Shown: piece after piece, positions 1-13,731 of the stretch
Position numbering within the stretch: the first letter of the stretch is position 1
How the letters are laid out: the number at the start of each line of letters is the position of its first letter
Assembly: GCF_000400465.1 (NCBI RefSeq)
Contig: NW_008806280.1
Span: 144,001-206,000 of the forward strand
DNA: 62,000 bases
Direction: 5' to 3'
From: Wallemia ichthyophaga EXF-994
Lineage: Eukaryota > Fungi > Basidiomycota
Made by a program: the position numbers and the translations under genes
Notes under the pieces: generated by a model
Seen by the model: the letters and a program-made list of their open reading frames with translations, nothing else
Told to the model about the DNA's origin: nothing
The model's database searches: none

Positions 1-137
1 CTCAGTCTGTGTTGACGCTTTGGTGATCTTGTAGAGACAGTTGGGCTGTTTAAGAGGTTATTATTCAAGCCATTGAAGGTGGTATCTAAAAGATTATCCT
101 CATTATTATTCAACTCGAGGTTAATCGATTGATCCAT
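1..137 (-). CDS. 5' end of a hypothetical protein, running off the window start
   Basis: ATG at 137 opens a frame MDQSINLELNNNEDNLLDTTFNGLNNNLLNSPTVSTRSPKRQHRL with no stop to base 1. Head-to-head with the gene at 229. Confidence 0.55.
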   Translation of the reverse strand, partial: MDQSINLELNNNEDNLLDTTFNGLNNNLLNSPTVSTRSPKRQHRL

Positions 138-228
138 ATGATTGTTGGTGATAAACAGAACAATTTAATAGAGACGACCCTTGAATATTATAAGTGTAGC
201 TCACTATTATTCTTAATCACCGCCCATC

Positions 229-1110
229 ATGACCGACTCCAGTAAATACCGCTCCTTCTCAATCAACGCCGATCTACTAACCCAGTACAGCGTACGCCTA
301 TATAAATCCACATCAGTCATTCGGTATGTCTGATTATAAGCCTAGCAATGTAAAATGTTAGTTAGTTACGCCCTTTCCAACTACCCTGACAACCCGCAGC
401 GTTTCGAAAGAGACAGAGAGGTGGCCTAATCAGAGGGACGATCATTGGATTGATATTCAGATGGATCTTCTGTGTGCTAATACTCGGGATAGTCATCGCT
501 AGTGTGTTATAGTCTGATTACACAGTCACTCCTCTTACCCTCCTCAGTCGGCATAATCGCCACAATCGTTCTTTACGTAAAGCCACCAAATTTAGCCTTC
601 TTGGGCGTTGAGGAGCCAAATAATGGCAGTACCGTATCCGCTATCAACAACGCATTGAGCATAAACTTCGATTTGCAGATTCAAGTCGATAACCCAAACA
701 CCTTCGACATCACATTCAACGAACTCTACGCACAGCTCTTCTGGGGTGCTACTAACATCTCTATTGGCTATGGCAGAGTTGAGAATATCGATATTCGCAG
801 TGAGAACACCACAAATTTCAGATACCCGTTCCATATCGTCTATAAGGCTAGCTATGATCCTAATAGACAAGTCCTTGGTGGTTTACTTGACTCATGCGGT
901 CTCACAGATCCTAACAGCAAGCCTCCAATCGACATCCAATACGATCTCGATATCGACGTAAAAGCTCTTTCCGTAAATATCAAACAGACCATCAGCAATT
1001 CCATGTCTGTCACCTGCCCTGGCTTCAGTGAAAGCATGCTACAGGATGCTGTTGGCGATACTATCTCGGTAGATGTTTTGGTGGATGAGTTGACTAGAAA
1101 TCAACGCTAG
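229..1110 (+). CDS. Type II membrane protein with LEA_2-like domain
   Basis: Spliced model (introns 242-290 with TACTAAC, 324-399, about 502-546) gives a basic stretch plus TM helix (RKRQRGGLIRGTIIGLIFRWIFCVLILGIVIA). This is followed by the LEA_2-type pattern YVKPPN...IQVDNPNTFDITF...IGYGRVENIDI. Confidence 0.7.
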
Positions 1111-1166
1111 CTTTGTTAGCTCTTACTTGATTTATTTATTTCTATTAATAATGATAATGCATACGT

Positions 1167-3518
1167 CTAATTTCTTAGCAATGACAAAGCGTACTCCTCA
1201 TCGTCATCTATATCTCGTGTCTCACTTTCCTTCTTCTGCTTCTTCTGGCTCGATTCTTTGTCGTTGCTTTCACCATCACTACCACTCTCACCCTCAATCT
1301 CATCCTCATCACCCAAATCGAACTCCGGTGACACATAACCATCATCCTCGCCATCTCCAATAACAGCTTCAGCTGCATCATCGCTGTCGTCGCCCTCAAC
1401 CTCCCTATCCTTCCTCTTACGCTTCTTTTCATCACGTTTCTCCTTTGCAACTCTCTTATTCTCAACGTCAGCCAATTTGAGCTGTTTATTTTGTTCATCG
1501 ATAAACCGCTTCTTCTCATTATCGACGTCGACATCTTCCCCTTTCTGTAATTCGTACAGTTCATGCGCTTGTCCGTCCTCGTCGAAGCGCAATTTATGAC
1601 CAGGCTCGCTCTTCCCTGCGATCGCCTTCTTCGACTGACCCGCTCTAAGTTTCCGTTTTGAGAGGTTACCCGCAGCGTCATCTTCCTCTCCATCGCTACC
1701 ACCGCTCTCCAGCTCGTGATCGCGACGAGTGATTGTCATCAGCTCCTCATCCGACTCTCCCTCTCCCTCTCTATTCCTGTCTACAAGTGCATTGTAGTGC
1801 TCCGATAGCTGTCCTTGGTTCTTACGCTCGAAAAGTTTGTCATACTTGGTGCGCACCCCAGGTTTACTTTGTGATTCCTTTTGCGTTTGTTTCTGCAGCA
1901 CGTCAGTTTAAATCTACAAACTGCCAACACTTTTCAATCTCACCGCTAAATCAGTATCCTCACTATCATCTCCACTTTCCTGATTCTGCTCCTGCTCTTG
2001 CTCACTCTCACTCACCTCCTTCTTATCCTCCGCTCTCGCTCTTGCTTTCTCCGCCGCCATGAACTTAACCTTGGGCACACCAGGCAGACCGAGACTACCC
2101 GCGTATTCGCTGAGTGGGTAGCGCGTAACATCAAAGACCTCTTTATCCTTCATGAGATGCAGTGAGCGGACATAGCTAACGAAAGCCTTCTGAGCGAGGT
2201 ATTTGATTTCAGTATCTTGGAAAGCATGTGCTTGTAACGCATTCCCAATAGGTTGCATAAGTTTCTCCTTAATCTTAGTTCCTTTTGGCGTAATGTGTTT
2301 TTCTTCGAGTCTCTTTAACAATGCTTTCTCAGCAGGCTCGACTAGCATCAGCGCACATCCCTTGCTGTTGTAACGTGCTGTGCGTCCGACACGGTGTATA
2401 TAAGTGTCTGCATCTTCAGGCGCATCGAGTTGTACCACCCAGTCCACTGCAGGTATGTCCAACCCACGCGCTGCGATATCCGTCGCAAACAACACCGCAT
2501 GCGAAGCTCGACTGAACTGCGCAAGAGTCGCGTGCCGTTTCGCTTGCTTCAATTTACCGTGCAGCTGCATCAAACTTATACCAGGACGCAGGTGCGAGAA
2601 CGTCTCATATATGTGTCGTACTTGCTTACATGAGCTAGCGAATACGAGCACTTTGTTCTGTTTGTGACTCTTCACGAACCCGAATAAAACATCCAGTTTG
2701 CGGTGGAGAGGAACGAGTGAATAGAATTGCGCCAAATTCTTTGGTGTCGGATCTTCCCCATTATCCGTGTTTTTCAGCTCGACATAAGCTGGATCATTGA
2801 GACTCATCTTGGCAAGTGAGGCGACTGATGCGGATATAGTAGCCGAGAATAGCAAATTCTGACGCGTATGCGTTGGTGGTAGCTGGTCAATGATCGCGTG
2901 AACCGTCTTAGCGAATCCCAAATCAAGTATACGATCAGCTTCATCTAGGATCAGCATCTTGAGGTTATCGGCGCTAAAACCGTAAGTTTCGTCCATATGT
3001 TGTAGGAGACGACCAGGGGTGGCGATGAGAATGTTCATCTTATTCAGTCGCGTCTTCTCCTGCGCAACGTTCTTCCCTCCAATGAGCAGACCAGCAGAGA
3101 AAGTGTGATTGGTGCCTATAGCGTGGAGAACCTTGAATATTTGCAGCGCAAGCTCACGCGTTGGGGCTACGACGAGAGCACCTAGTCCATCAGTGCTCGA
3201 CCACTTTTCCTTGTACAACAGCTCGAGCATCGGCAGGAGATAGCTGAGCGTCTTACCACTGCCGGTGCGCGCTGAACCGACGAGATCCTTGCCTTTGAGC
3301 GCCAAATGCGTTGTCGCTGCTTGGATTTCCGTCATCTTAACGAATCCATTGCGCTTCATCCCCTTCTTGGTCTGCTGGGAGATAGGCAGCTCGTCGAACA
3401 GCTCAGTCTTCTCGCTCAGCTCCTTCTGGAGAGCGTGCATATCCCTGAGATTATTATCATCTGCCACACGCTTCTGATTTATGCGCTTGTAGGGTTTTGT
3501 CTGCTGCTTGGATTTCAT
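1167..3518 (-). CDS. DBP4: ATP-dependent DEAD-box RNA helicase, 18S rRNA biogenesis
   Basis: Q motif MTEIQ, GSGKT, PTRELA, LDEADR, SAT and HRVGRTAR. The C-terminal TKYDKLFERKNQ..LSEHY segment is typical of DBP4/DDX10. One intron near 1893-1943. Confidence 0.93.
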
Positions 3519-3567
3519 CGTCGCGGCCAAAATGCAAGAGCAATACATCAACATACAAATAACCAAT

Positions 3568-5872
3568 TCAAGTCAAAATCTTAATGTCCTTATCCATCCC
3601 GCTCAAATACTCCAGTATAACCTCCCTCCTCTTATCCCAACCTTGTAATATTCTGTACCTGCTATCGTTGGATAAAATTTTCTCCATCTCGTCAATATTC
3701 ACCTGCTGAGCCAGCTGCTTGAGATCCTTATTCCCACCGCCGAACACGCCCTCGTCTGTCTCATCATCATCATCTTCCTCTGCTTTGAAGACCTTTTCTG
3801 CATCCTTTGTCGCATCTTCCTCCCCTTTCTTTACGCGGCCCCAGTATCCGACAAAGGAAGACTCTTTCAGAAGCTCCTTGAATTCCTTAACCGCGTTTCT
3901 AAACTTGGCTGCCTGCCACTCGACGTAGATTCTTTCTAGTTCTGCCACCGACGCGTCTAACACCTTCACCGCCACCTCGTCCTTGATCTTGTCGTGCACA
4001 TCTTCAAATGCATCATCGAGAGTCTTGAATTCCCTCTCAAAGAGCTCCTTCACCCCATTCACCCGCTTGTTGTAGATCCCATCGGCGTGCTCTTCGAAAA
4101 GGTCCCTCTTTCTTCTTACGCTGAGATCGACGTTGAATCTGCTGTCCTTGGCCAGCTCTCCTTCCAGCTCTCTCCACCTGATCTACATTTCCGTCAGTCA
4201 AATCAAAATTCCAGAACACCACCCACCTTGTGATTCCTCACCGTGTCTATCAACAAAGTCCGGTATTCTCTTTCAGCTTCATTGCCGGCTAGAGCAGTTT
4301 TGGACGCTTGCGTCTTCTTATCAAGACTTTCTCTTTCCTTATTGAAATTCTCTTGGCGTGCCTTAAGTGAGGCTTCAGCCCTGGCAGCTTTGTCTAGCTT
4401 TTTGGGCTCGTCTTCTATAGGCGCAGGTATTACGTTTTCTTCAGCTTTGGGTAATTCCTCTGGTTGCTCACCCGCCAATTCTTTCTTGTATGCGTTAAAG
4501 AGCGCTTCCTTGGTACTTCCCGACTGCAGCTTCTTATACGCAGAATGAGAAGAGAGTAGCGGTTTTAACTATTGAACTTTGTTAGCTTGGCAATGTGCAT
4601 ACACTCACACCGACCTCCTTGTAATCAGACTGAGCTGTAATATCGCTAGTGTCTCTCAGCAGCCTCTTGAATCCCTCCTCCACCTTCTGAGCTTCTTGGC
4701 GTTTAGCTGTCAAGTATAAAGTCAGCAATCACCAAAAGCAAAAGTCACTCTCACCTTCTCCCAACTCCCTTAACCACGATTTGAACACCTTTTCTCTCTC
4801 TTTGTCATCTCTACCGAATCCAAAGAAGCGTCTATCCTTCTTGAATGTCTTCCTGAATTCTTCGAAGCGCGCACGCGTGCTTGTAACCTCCGATCGAAGC
4901 AGCTCCCTGTAGCTGATGGCTGGGTCAACACTGACAGTACTCCTTTTCGCCGACTGCGCTTTATCCCTGCAATACTCATCGAATGCATCCTGCCTATCCT
5001 CGGTATTCCTCAGACTAGTATACCGGCTATCATTAACGAAAGTGGTAAGAGCCATATCCCAAGGCATGAGTGGATTGATATCATACTCCTCCAGCATGCT
5101 CTTGAACAGCGCGACGGCCTCTTCATGGTTATAGTTAGCTTCGATCTCTGCGGCTTTCTTCTCTTGGTATTCTCTCATACGTTCATTCTCCATCTCGCGC
5201 TGCTCAGCCAGCTCGGCATCGAGTATATTCTTATTGTGGTTGCGTTCTGCGTCCATTGCCGCCCGCGCTGCTGCTGCGTAGTCTGCGTCGTCTCCACCGT
5301 CACCGCTGCCGTCTTCATTTTCTCCATCCTCTCTGGCTTTCTTCGGCTCAACGTCTATCCAGCCGCTATCACCGGGCTCCTTCTGCTCACGCTTCCGCTT
5401 CTTCTCTGCAGCAGCAGCATTCCCATTCTGCTCGTCCTCTTCTAGCTGCGACACCTGCGATGCTATCTCAGCAGGCACCTCCCACACACTTTCCTTGCGC
5501 TCAGTGTGGAGGTAGAAGGTATTTCCGAGATTTGTCGTTATCCTCATCCACGCTGTACCTTCTATCGATGTCTTTTTCGCTGGTTTTTCTTTCTTGGTCT
5601 TCTTCGTCTGGCTTGGCTGTGCTGCAGGCGCAGCTGGCGCTTGCATCGGTGCTGGCGGCGGTGCCATTTGCATTTGCATTTGCATTCCAGCAGGTGGCAC
5701 AGGTAGCGGTCTCTTGTATGTGGATTTCTTTGTACTGGCGTTGTAGTAGTAAGGTGTACCCGACGGAGCTGAGCGATTTGCCTGTTAAATCACCTTATTG
5801 CACTCTAGCATCTCACCCACCCTTATGCTCTGTCCATCCTTCCGGCAGCGGTGGTGGTGGTATTCCATTCAT
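3568..5872 (-). CDS. WW/FF-domain splicing/transcription factor, TCERG1/CA150-like
   Basis: N-terminal PPPPLPEGWTEH WW domain, a second WW (WMRITTNLGNTFYLHTERKESVWEVP) and repeated FF domains (FKSMLEE...W...F.NDSRY; RFFGFGRDDKEREKVFKSWL). Several introns. Confidence 0.85.
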
Positions 5873-5952
5873 TTTGATAGTATCGGTGAGAGAATTAACA
5901 CGCTTAAAACAAGGAAAGTAAACGTAAATGAAATAAATAGTCTATATTGCTT

Positions 5953-8900
5953 TTACTCTTGCAACAGATGCGCGTAATCGTCTGCACTAGCAAACATAGG
6001 TAACGCCTTCTTAGCTTTCTTGGCCGCTCTAGCTTCCTTGTTGTTACGTTTGCGCTTTCCGCTGACTTCTTCCTCCTCCTCTGGTTCACTACCGTCCTCC
6101 TCATCCTCATCTGCGCCAGGAACCTCCATGTCCTCATCAATAGACAACAGGTCATCCTCTTCGTCATCGAGACCACCAACACCTCCTTCGTTGTCCTCAT
6201 CATCCTTGTCCTCGTTATCCTCACCATCCTCATCATCCTCATCGGATTCTGAATCTGCTTTAGCTGCTTTGTCTTCCTCACCTTCAGCTTCGGCATCACT
6301 GTCCTCCAACATGGCAGGATCGACGTGGTCTTCATCACTCTCTTCGAGGTCGTCATTCTCCTGTCCTGGCATCGTAGCTTGCATAGCCTAAAGAGTGGTT
6401 AGAATTTACCATAAAACCAATTCAGACGATGCGCACCTTCCAGATCTCATCCTCGTCGAACTCTTCCTTATCATCAGATGCAGCATCGTTATCGCCATCC
6501 TCCTTCTCATCCTTCTGCTCATCCTCATCATCGAGATTGACATCTTGACCTTGGTCAGTATCATCGTCACTCTCGCCCACACCTTCATCGTCAGAAGCCT
6601 TCTTGCGCTTATCCCTCTTAGATGCTTTATCTTCCAACCTCTTGTTACGCTGATTGAAGAATTTATGGAAGAAAAGCTGATCAGGAGCTACATTTGCCTC
6701 CTTCTTCCTCATAAACTCGTTGCTGTTCATCATCAACTCTCTAGTAGCACCCTTGACATTAGAGACAGTTTGTGATCGGTCAGACGCAGCAATAGGTTGC
6801 ATGAGCGATGCACCCTTTGGCTTGATGTCTTTCTTTGGATTCTTGTAGACGAATCTGTCGAGGAAATGCATGAGTGTGTTGAGGTTGAGATCCGATGAAG
6901 TTTTCACCACTTCTCCATTCAGTAGCTGCTTAGCCTGAATAGATACAGAGGGGTGATAGTGCTTTGTGAATGGTATCAACTCCCACAGACAACTGTGCTG
7001 AGCATTGCTATATTGAGGATCGCGCTTGAACTTGTCGTAAGACGTCGAAGCTACTCCACCACTCTCATTCTCTTCCTCCTCATCCAACATCGCTCTCAAT
7101 GAGGGATGGCTAGCGAATATGCCGTTGAGATGGTAGAATGCACCGCAAATGAATGAAGGTGATTGTCCGAGTAGCATTTGCAATATACGCTTCACAAACG
7201 CTGCTACTCGGGCATTCGATGGATCTCTCTTCATAGCCGAGAACAACAAGTTGAGGTACATGGACTGCTTTGACGAGCCTCCCAGTCTTGGATCCAGCAG
7301 CGACTCATACAATGCACGGTAAAATCTGTCTGAGACTGTGTCCTTTATAATCGTTATTTGGTAGATTAGTTGTAATGCTTGAATAGCTATGTTGAAGGTA
7401 CCAGTGTGGGTGATTCTAAACAGAGTATTCATGTAATTATCGAAACTGAATTTGTCAGTACTGCGAATGTAAAGTCATTGGACTCACATTTTTTCATCAA
7501 TATCAGCGTATGGCATGGCACGGTGTACGCCGGCCAAAATACCGGCAACCATCTTAGACTTTTTCTCCTCAAGAGCCTCAGGATCATCTTCGACATCTTC
7601 CTTCTTGTCTTTCTTAACATTCTTACCTTGGTTTTTCTTACCCTTCTTAGCATTCTTAGCATCCTCCTTGGATTTCTTCACCAATGTTTCCTCCTCCCTG
7701 AGGAAATCTTTGAAGCAGTTAAAGTATATTTCTATCAGTTTGTTTGCAACGCCAGTGTCAGCCTTTGTGAACATGATCTGATTTAATGTAATAATCGCGT
7801 AGTACTTGGCAGAGTCTGACATGTTTGGACGGAAGATGAGATCACCGACTTCGCGACTGATAATGCCTTTCATTGCAGGGTGAGCTTGCAAGACAACAAG
7901 CAGCTGATTAGAAGCTTTTGATGCTACTTGACGAGAAGGATCACCCTATCCTTGATTTAGTTTTGTTATTGAGAAAAAGAAAATACCTACCAACTTGTTT
8001 ACTAGTAGTCTAAGCAGATTATGCTCCTGCTCTGGCTTGTTTTTCAAAAGCTGGAAGATGAGCATGACAGCTTGCTGCCTTACAAAGACGAGATTGTCAT
8101 GAGTGATCGACTGAAGTATGTCAGCATACTATAAGCCCCAAAGAAAGCTCAACTCACCTCAAGTAGCTGCAAAACCTCAAAGAAATATCCCTTGAACCAA
8201 TTTTCAAAGGCCCAGAAAGTGAGATGCTTATCGGTTGCACCCTGATGGGTGAGGTTGGGCTGATCGGCGATATAAACCAGCTTTCTGTTAGAAGGTAGAC
8301 CGTGTGGACCAGCCAACCAATCAACTAGGGCCTTCATTGCCCTGAGTGCCTCTTCACGCTTAGGTTTTGCAGCCATATTCTTGAGAGATTCGAGACTGGA
8401 AATGTTATGGATAGGCGACTCAGCAACCAAGAGGGCGAGTGCGGAGACTCTATCATTAAGAGTACCAGACTTAAGCATCTGATCCAAGAATTTCTTATCA
8501 GAAGCAGAGACGGCTGAGCTTGAAGAGGCGATCTTTGGTAGATCTTCGAGTAGCTTCTGTGCGTGTGATATCTGCCCATCAGAAGTCAACGATTTGCTAG
8601 TGTTAGCCTTGGATTTTGAGAGTTGAGGGAGAGGCTGAAGGAACCATTGAGGAATTTGGACGAACGGACCGTTTGGATCGATTTCACTGAGCGGGTCTGC
8701 GTCTGCGTCTTGCTCAAATTGATTATCACCTTCTTGACTAGAATCTTCTTGCTCGCTGTCGTCGTGATTTTCATCATCGCTAGCAGAAGCAGCCTTCACG
8801 TCAGTCTCGCTACCGTTGGCATCGACATGATCATCGTTATCGTCATCTTCCTCTTCCTCTTCCTGAGGCTTAGCAGAGTTGAAGTCGAGAGATTTGTATA

Positions 8901-9165
8901 AATCCTTCAAATCTTTCAATAAAGCTGGGTCATTCTGCTCGCCGCTATTAAACACGTGCTCGTCATCACTGTCGACGCCTTGGAACAGCTTCAAATCGTC
9001 TTCATCGCCGCCGAGAGCGAGAACTTCCTTCTTGAGGTCGTTGTGGGGAGCATGTTGAGGATGTTGTGGCTGCTGCTGCTGCAATTTACCACGCTTATCC
9101 TGCGTGCTCTTCTTATCCCCCTTCTTATTCCCGTTTCCTTTCTGTTTGAATTTATTAGGCGCCAT
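5953..9165 (-). CDS. MAK21: Ribosome biogenesis protein Noc1/Mak21 (CBF domain)
   Basis: SGTLNDRVSALALLVAESPIHN, LFRITHTGTFNIAIQAL, DRFYRALYESLLD, KRDPQYSNA..SCLWEL, HYHPSV and FLDRFVYKNPK, then an acidic tail ending FASADDYAHLL. Multi-exon. Confidence 0.93.
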
Positions 9166-9217
9166 AGATGGTCGAACGAGATGAAGAGATTGTTGATTCG
9201 AAACGGTCAAGACAAAA

Positions 9218-10197
9218 ATGCCGAAAGCCGAAGCGGGATCATCGAAAGCAGTTGGAAATGCCATGAAGGCTAAAGGTGAGTTGTGATTGTATAGCCACCG
9301 CCAACTCTCATGCTCACGAATCCCAGGCCTCGGGAGATTAAGATGGTATTGTCAAGTATGTGAGAAGCAGTGCAGAGACGAGAACGGCTACAAGTGCCAC
9401 ACGCAATCTGAGAGTCACCTGAGAGCGATGCTTCACGTCGGCGAGAATGCAGGCAAGTTTATATCCGACGCTTCCCAACAATTCCAGCGTGAATTCGTTA
9501 TTCTTCTTTCAAGAAGGTGAGTTTGAGCGTGTTATCTGGAATGCAGCGATTGTAACCAACACGCAACAGACACGGCACTAATCGCGTTGCTGTCAACACC
9601 GTTTACCAGGAGTTCATCGCCGATAAGCACCACCTCCACATGAACGCCACTCGCTGGGTAACGCTGACGGAATTCACAAAGTACCTTGGCAGAGCTGGTA
9701 TTGTTCGTGTCGATGAAACTGAACAGGGTTTGTACGTCAGCTGGATCGATAACTCCCCTCAAGCTCTCGCACGCCAGGAGGCAAGTCTTAAGAAGGACAG
9801 ACAGCATATGGATGATGAGCAGCGTGAGCGTAAGATGATTGCTGAGCAAATCGAAAGAGCAAAGCTTCAAGGTGACGGTGTTCCTAAAGAGCATAAACCT
9901 AGTGTCCTCAACAAGGGTGACGCTCCTATTAAACTCTCTTTGAATTCAAACTCATCTGGTCAGAGTAGTGCTCCTAAGATTTCACTCAAGCCGACTGCTG
10001 CTGCTGCACCCGCATCCACGCAGAAACCAGCTAACGTCTTCAAAGCTGCTAAACAATCTAAAGCAACACCCGTTACACAGACTCCACACCAAACCAAACC
10101 AAAGTCGGCTATGGAGTCGCTCATGATTGGTAACGAGGAACGCAAGAAGCGTCTAGCTGAGCGTGAGCAAGGCCAGAATAAGAAGGTGAAGCTTTAG
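9218..10197 (+). CDS. KIN17: KIN17/Rts2 zinc-finger protein
   Basis: MPKAEAGSSKAVGNAMKAK|GLGRLRWYCQVCEKQCRDENGYKCH...HMNATRWVTLTEF. Two introns. Confidence 0.92.
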
Positions 10198-10432
10198 CGT
10201 GTCACCGCGTCATCACCTCAACTCCACACTGTACTTTTCTATCAATGTAATAATATATGCATATACGGTTGAATGTCTAGAATACAGTTGAATGTTATGC
10301 AAATACGGTCGTTAGGTGTTGAACAATGGCAATGACTTGATGAGAGTGATTGAAACATAGAATAACCAGGGAGTGAAAATCATGAAACTGTTGAGGTTCA
10401 TAGTCTGTAAGCTGCCTTGCGAGCTATACCAT

Positions 10433-13400
10433 CTACTCCGCCATTTCCTCTACACTTGGACAGCTACAGGTAAGGTTACGATCACCATATGCTATCACAC
10501 TATCAGTAAACTACCATCACGCCCATAAATTCACTCACCATCATCCACTCTCCCCACAGAAGGCCAGAACTTGTTATTGGCGAGGTAAGCGAGAGGATAA
10601 ACGGCCTTTTGGCGTGAGTATGGTCGTGTAGCAGCCCACTTGTCATCTGACCAAGCGAGAGATGAGAGAGTATGAGGGGCATTCTTGATAACGTTAAGCA
10701 CGCGATCCGCTTTTCCATTTGCCACCTCATCAGCCTCCCCCTTGATATGAATGAGTGCATCAATAAACCTATCGAGCGTCTCCTTGTTTTCTGACTCAGT
10801 AGGCTCTATTAGCATAGCAGATGTGATTGGCCAGGAACAGGTTGGTGGATGAACGCCAAAGTCCTGTGAAGAGGTGGAAAGGGTCAGTAAGTGTCATTAC
10901 ATCCATACGCATCACAAACTCACCTGCAACCGCTTGGCGAAATCCATCACCTTTAATCCACTTTCTTCGAAATTAGCCAAATCTAAAAGCAGCTCATGCG
11001 CCACAGCCCCTTTTGAGTTAACGAAACGGACATTGAAATGCCCTTCTAGCCTTTTCTTGATATAGTTGGCATTGAGGAGGGCAATTTTAGACGACTCAGT
11101 GAGGCCACTCCCGCCCAGCATTTTAATATACGCCCAGCTGATGGTGAGGATGCTAGCGCTGCCTTGCGCAGCAGCACTGACAGGTGTGAGTGACGAATCT
11201 GTACCGTGCGGCGAGAGAGGATGACCAGGTAAAAATGGTACGAGATGTTCAGCAACGCATATAGGTCCTACACCCGGTCCACCACCACCATGTGGAATCG
11301 AAAACGTTTTGTGCAAATTCAAGTGACAAACATCTCCACCACAGGTGTATGGGTTAGTCAAACCAACTTGTGCATTCAGATTGGCTCCATCGAGATAAAC
11401 TTGCCCTCCCTTATCGTGGACTAGCTTGCATGCCTCTTGCACACCTTCCTCGAATACTCCAAATGTTGATGGATAGGTGACCATGAAAGCTGCGAGATTC
11501 TCACTGTATTCTTCACACTTTCCGCGCAGGTCTTCCATATCTAACCGTCCATCCTTGAGCGTCTTGATTGGGACTACTTTCATCCCTGCCATCACCGCCG
11601 AGGCGGGATTTGTGCCGTGAGCTGAGAGAGGAATGAGACATATGTTTCGTTTTCCGCCATCCCCTTTGCTTTCATGATACGCTTTGATTACTGACAGGCC
11701 TGCGAATTCACCCTGCGCACCACTGTTTGGTTGCAGCGATGTCGCACTAAACCCTGTGATAGCAGCCAAGTCATCCTCCAATTCCCTTATCATCTTAGCA
11801 TACCCTTGAGCTTGGTCTATTGGCACGAACGGGTGAACACTCGACCACTCAGGCTGGGTGAATGGAATCATTGAGCTTGTTGAATTCAACTTCATAGTGC
11901 AGCTACCAAGTGGAATCATGTTGTGAACAAGCGAAAGATCCTTGCCCTGTAGGTAGTAGATATACCTCAAAAGCTCAGTCTCTGATTGATACCTGTTGAA
12001 AGTCTCGTGTTGGAGATAGGATGATTGTCTCTGAAGTTTTTCATCTGCAGCTACTTGCAGTGTAGGCAGAGTGTGACGGGTGAGGTTAAGATCGAGCGCA
12101 ATTTCCTCCAAAGCTTGCGGACGTGTGAGGTCTTTAGCAGCTTGGGATGCTTCTATGCCGCGGGCTGTTCTGGCCTGGGAGAAAACATCCAATAGCGTAA
12201 GTATGTCCTTCTCGGTGACACTCTCATCGAGCGTGATCCCGACTGTGTGGTCGTCCACGCGACGCAAGTTTATGCCATTCGCTATAGCGGCAGCGTGCGT
12301 CGACTCAGCTGATGCGACATGAACAGTGAGCGTATCGAAGTAACTGTCTCGATTCTTGACCGTGAATCCCTCTTTTTCGATACCCAGCTTAAGCACTTTT
12401 GTGAGAGCGTGAACTTTGGCTGCTATCTGACGCAAGCCCTGGGGACCATGATAAACAGCATACATAGCAGCCATGTTTGCAAGCAATGCCTGTGCTGTGC
12501 AGATGTTCGAAGTAGCTTTATCGCGTCTGATGTGCTGCTCTCTCGTTTGAAGAGCAAGTCTATAGGCTATTTTGCCGTCGGAATCTTTTGATACACCAAT
12601 CAACCTTCCTGGCATCCTACGCTTGAGGGCGTCTGAGCAGGCGAAGAATGCTGCATGAGGACCACCCTGGTTGGAAATGTTAGAAGATTTTCGACGACGG
12701 TAATGTAAACCTCACGTATCCCAATGGAACACCGAATCTAGCAGAGTTGCCAACGCAGATATCAGCACCAAACTCGCCTGGTGGCTTGAGCAGAGTGAGA
12801 GCCAAGAGATCAGTTGCGCAGACAGCAAGACCACTAAGGCTGTGAACTTGGCTGATTAGGTTGGAGTAGTCTTGGATGGCGCCGTCAATATTTGGCTGAA
12901 CACGGTGTCAGAAGAGCAATGAAAAAGAGTATCGACACTCACATACTGGAACAAAGCACCAACAAGGTCAGAACGTATATTGTCCTTCTGTAAAAGATCA
13001 TTAATGTCGCCGTGGACAACGTTGATACCAAGACCACGAGCGCGAGTGTGAAGAACAGCGAGAGTCTGAGGCAAGACACCAGAATCGACGATGAAAGTGC
13101 GCTTGCTACCTTTTGCGGTACCGAAAGCAATAACCATAGCCTCTGCAGCAGCAGTAGCCTCATCGAGCAAAGAAGCATTAGCGATGTCCATTCCGGTGAG
13201 AGAAGACACCATAGTCTGGTAATTAAGCAAGGACTCGAGTCTGCCCTGAGAAATTTCAGGCTGATAGGGCGTATAGCTGGTATACCAAGCAGGATTTTCA
13301 GTGATGTTGCGGAGAATGATTGGTGGAGTGACAGCGTTGTGATAGCCCATGCCTATGTACGATTTAAAGAGTTTGTTCTGGCTGCCGAGCTGCTTGGCGC

Positions 13401-13731
13401 GAGCAAGAAGCTCCGATTCGGAGAGTGGGGGAATGGAAGAGTCGTTGATGGAGTCGTGGATGCGTATATTCGCAGGCACAGCGTCATTGATGAAGTGGTC
13501 AAATGACGTGTAGCCGAGTGAATCGAGCATTTGGTCGACATGGGCAGAGCGTGGGCCAACGTGGCGGCGGGTGAAGGAGTCAAGTGGAGCGAATATGCTG
13601 TTCGCCGTGGTTGGTGGCGCGTCAGCCACCTCGAAAGTAGCCAATGAGCGTAGGCATTGGCTGGTCGTGCTTGTGCGGCATCTGAGAGATCTGAGAGACC
13701 TAAGAGACGTGAGAGCCCCAGATCTTAACAT
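10433..13731 (-). CDS. GCV2: Glycine dehydrogenase (glycine cleavage P protein), mitochondrial
   Basis: Arg/Ser-rich presequence, SYIGMGY, WYTSYTPYQPEISQGRLESLLNYQ, IRRDKATSNICTAQALLA, PLP-Lys motif CHLNLHKTF and C-terminal YGDRNLTCSCP. Confidence 0.96.

Noticed and set aside
5256-5921. Long antisense ORFs (e.g. 221 aa here; also 13012-13506, 17837-18349, 39118-39570)
   Set aside because: Shadow frames of well-supported genes on the opposite strand, with low-complexity or non-ATG starts and no motifs.
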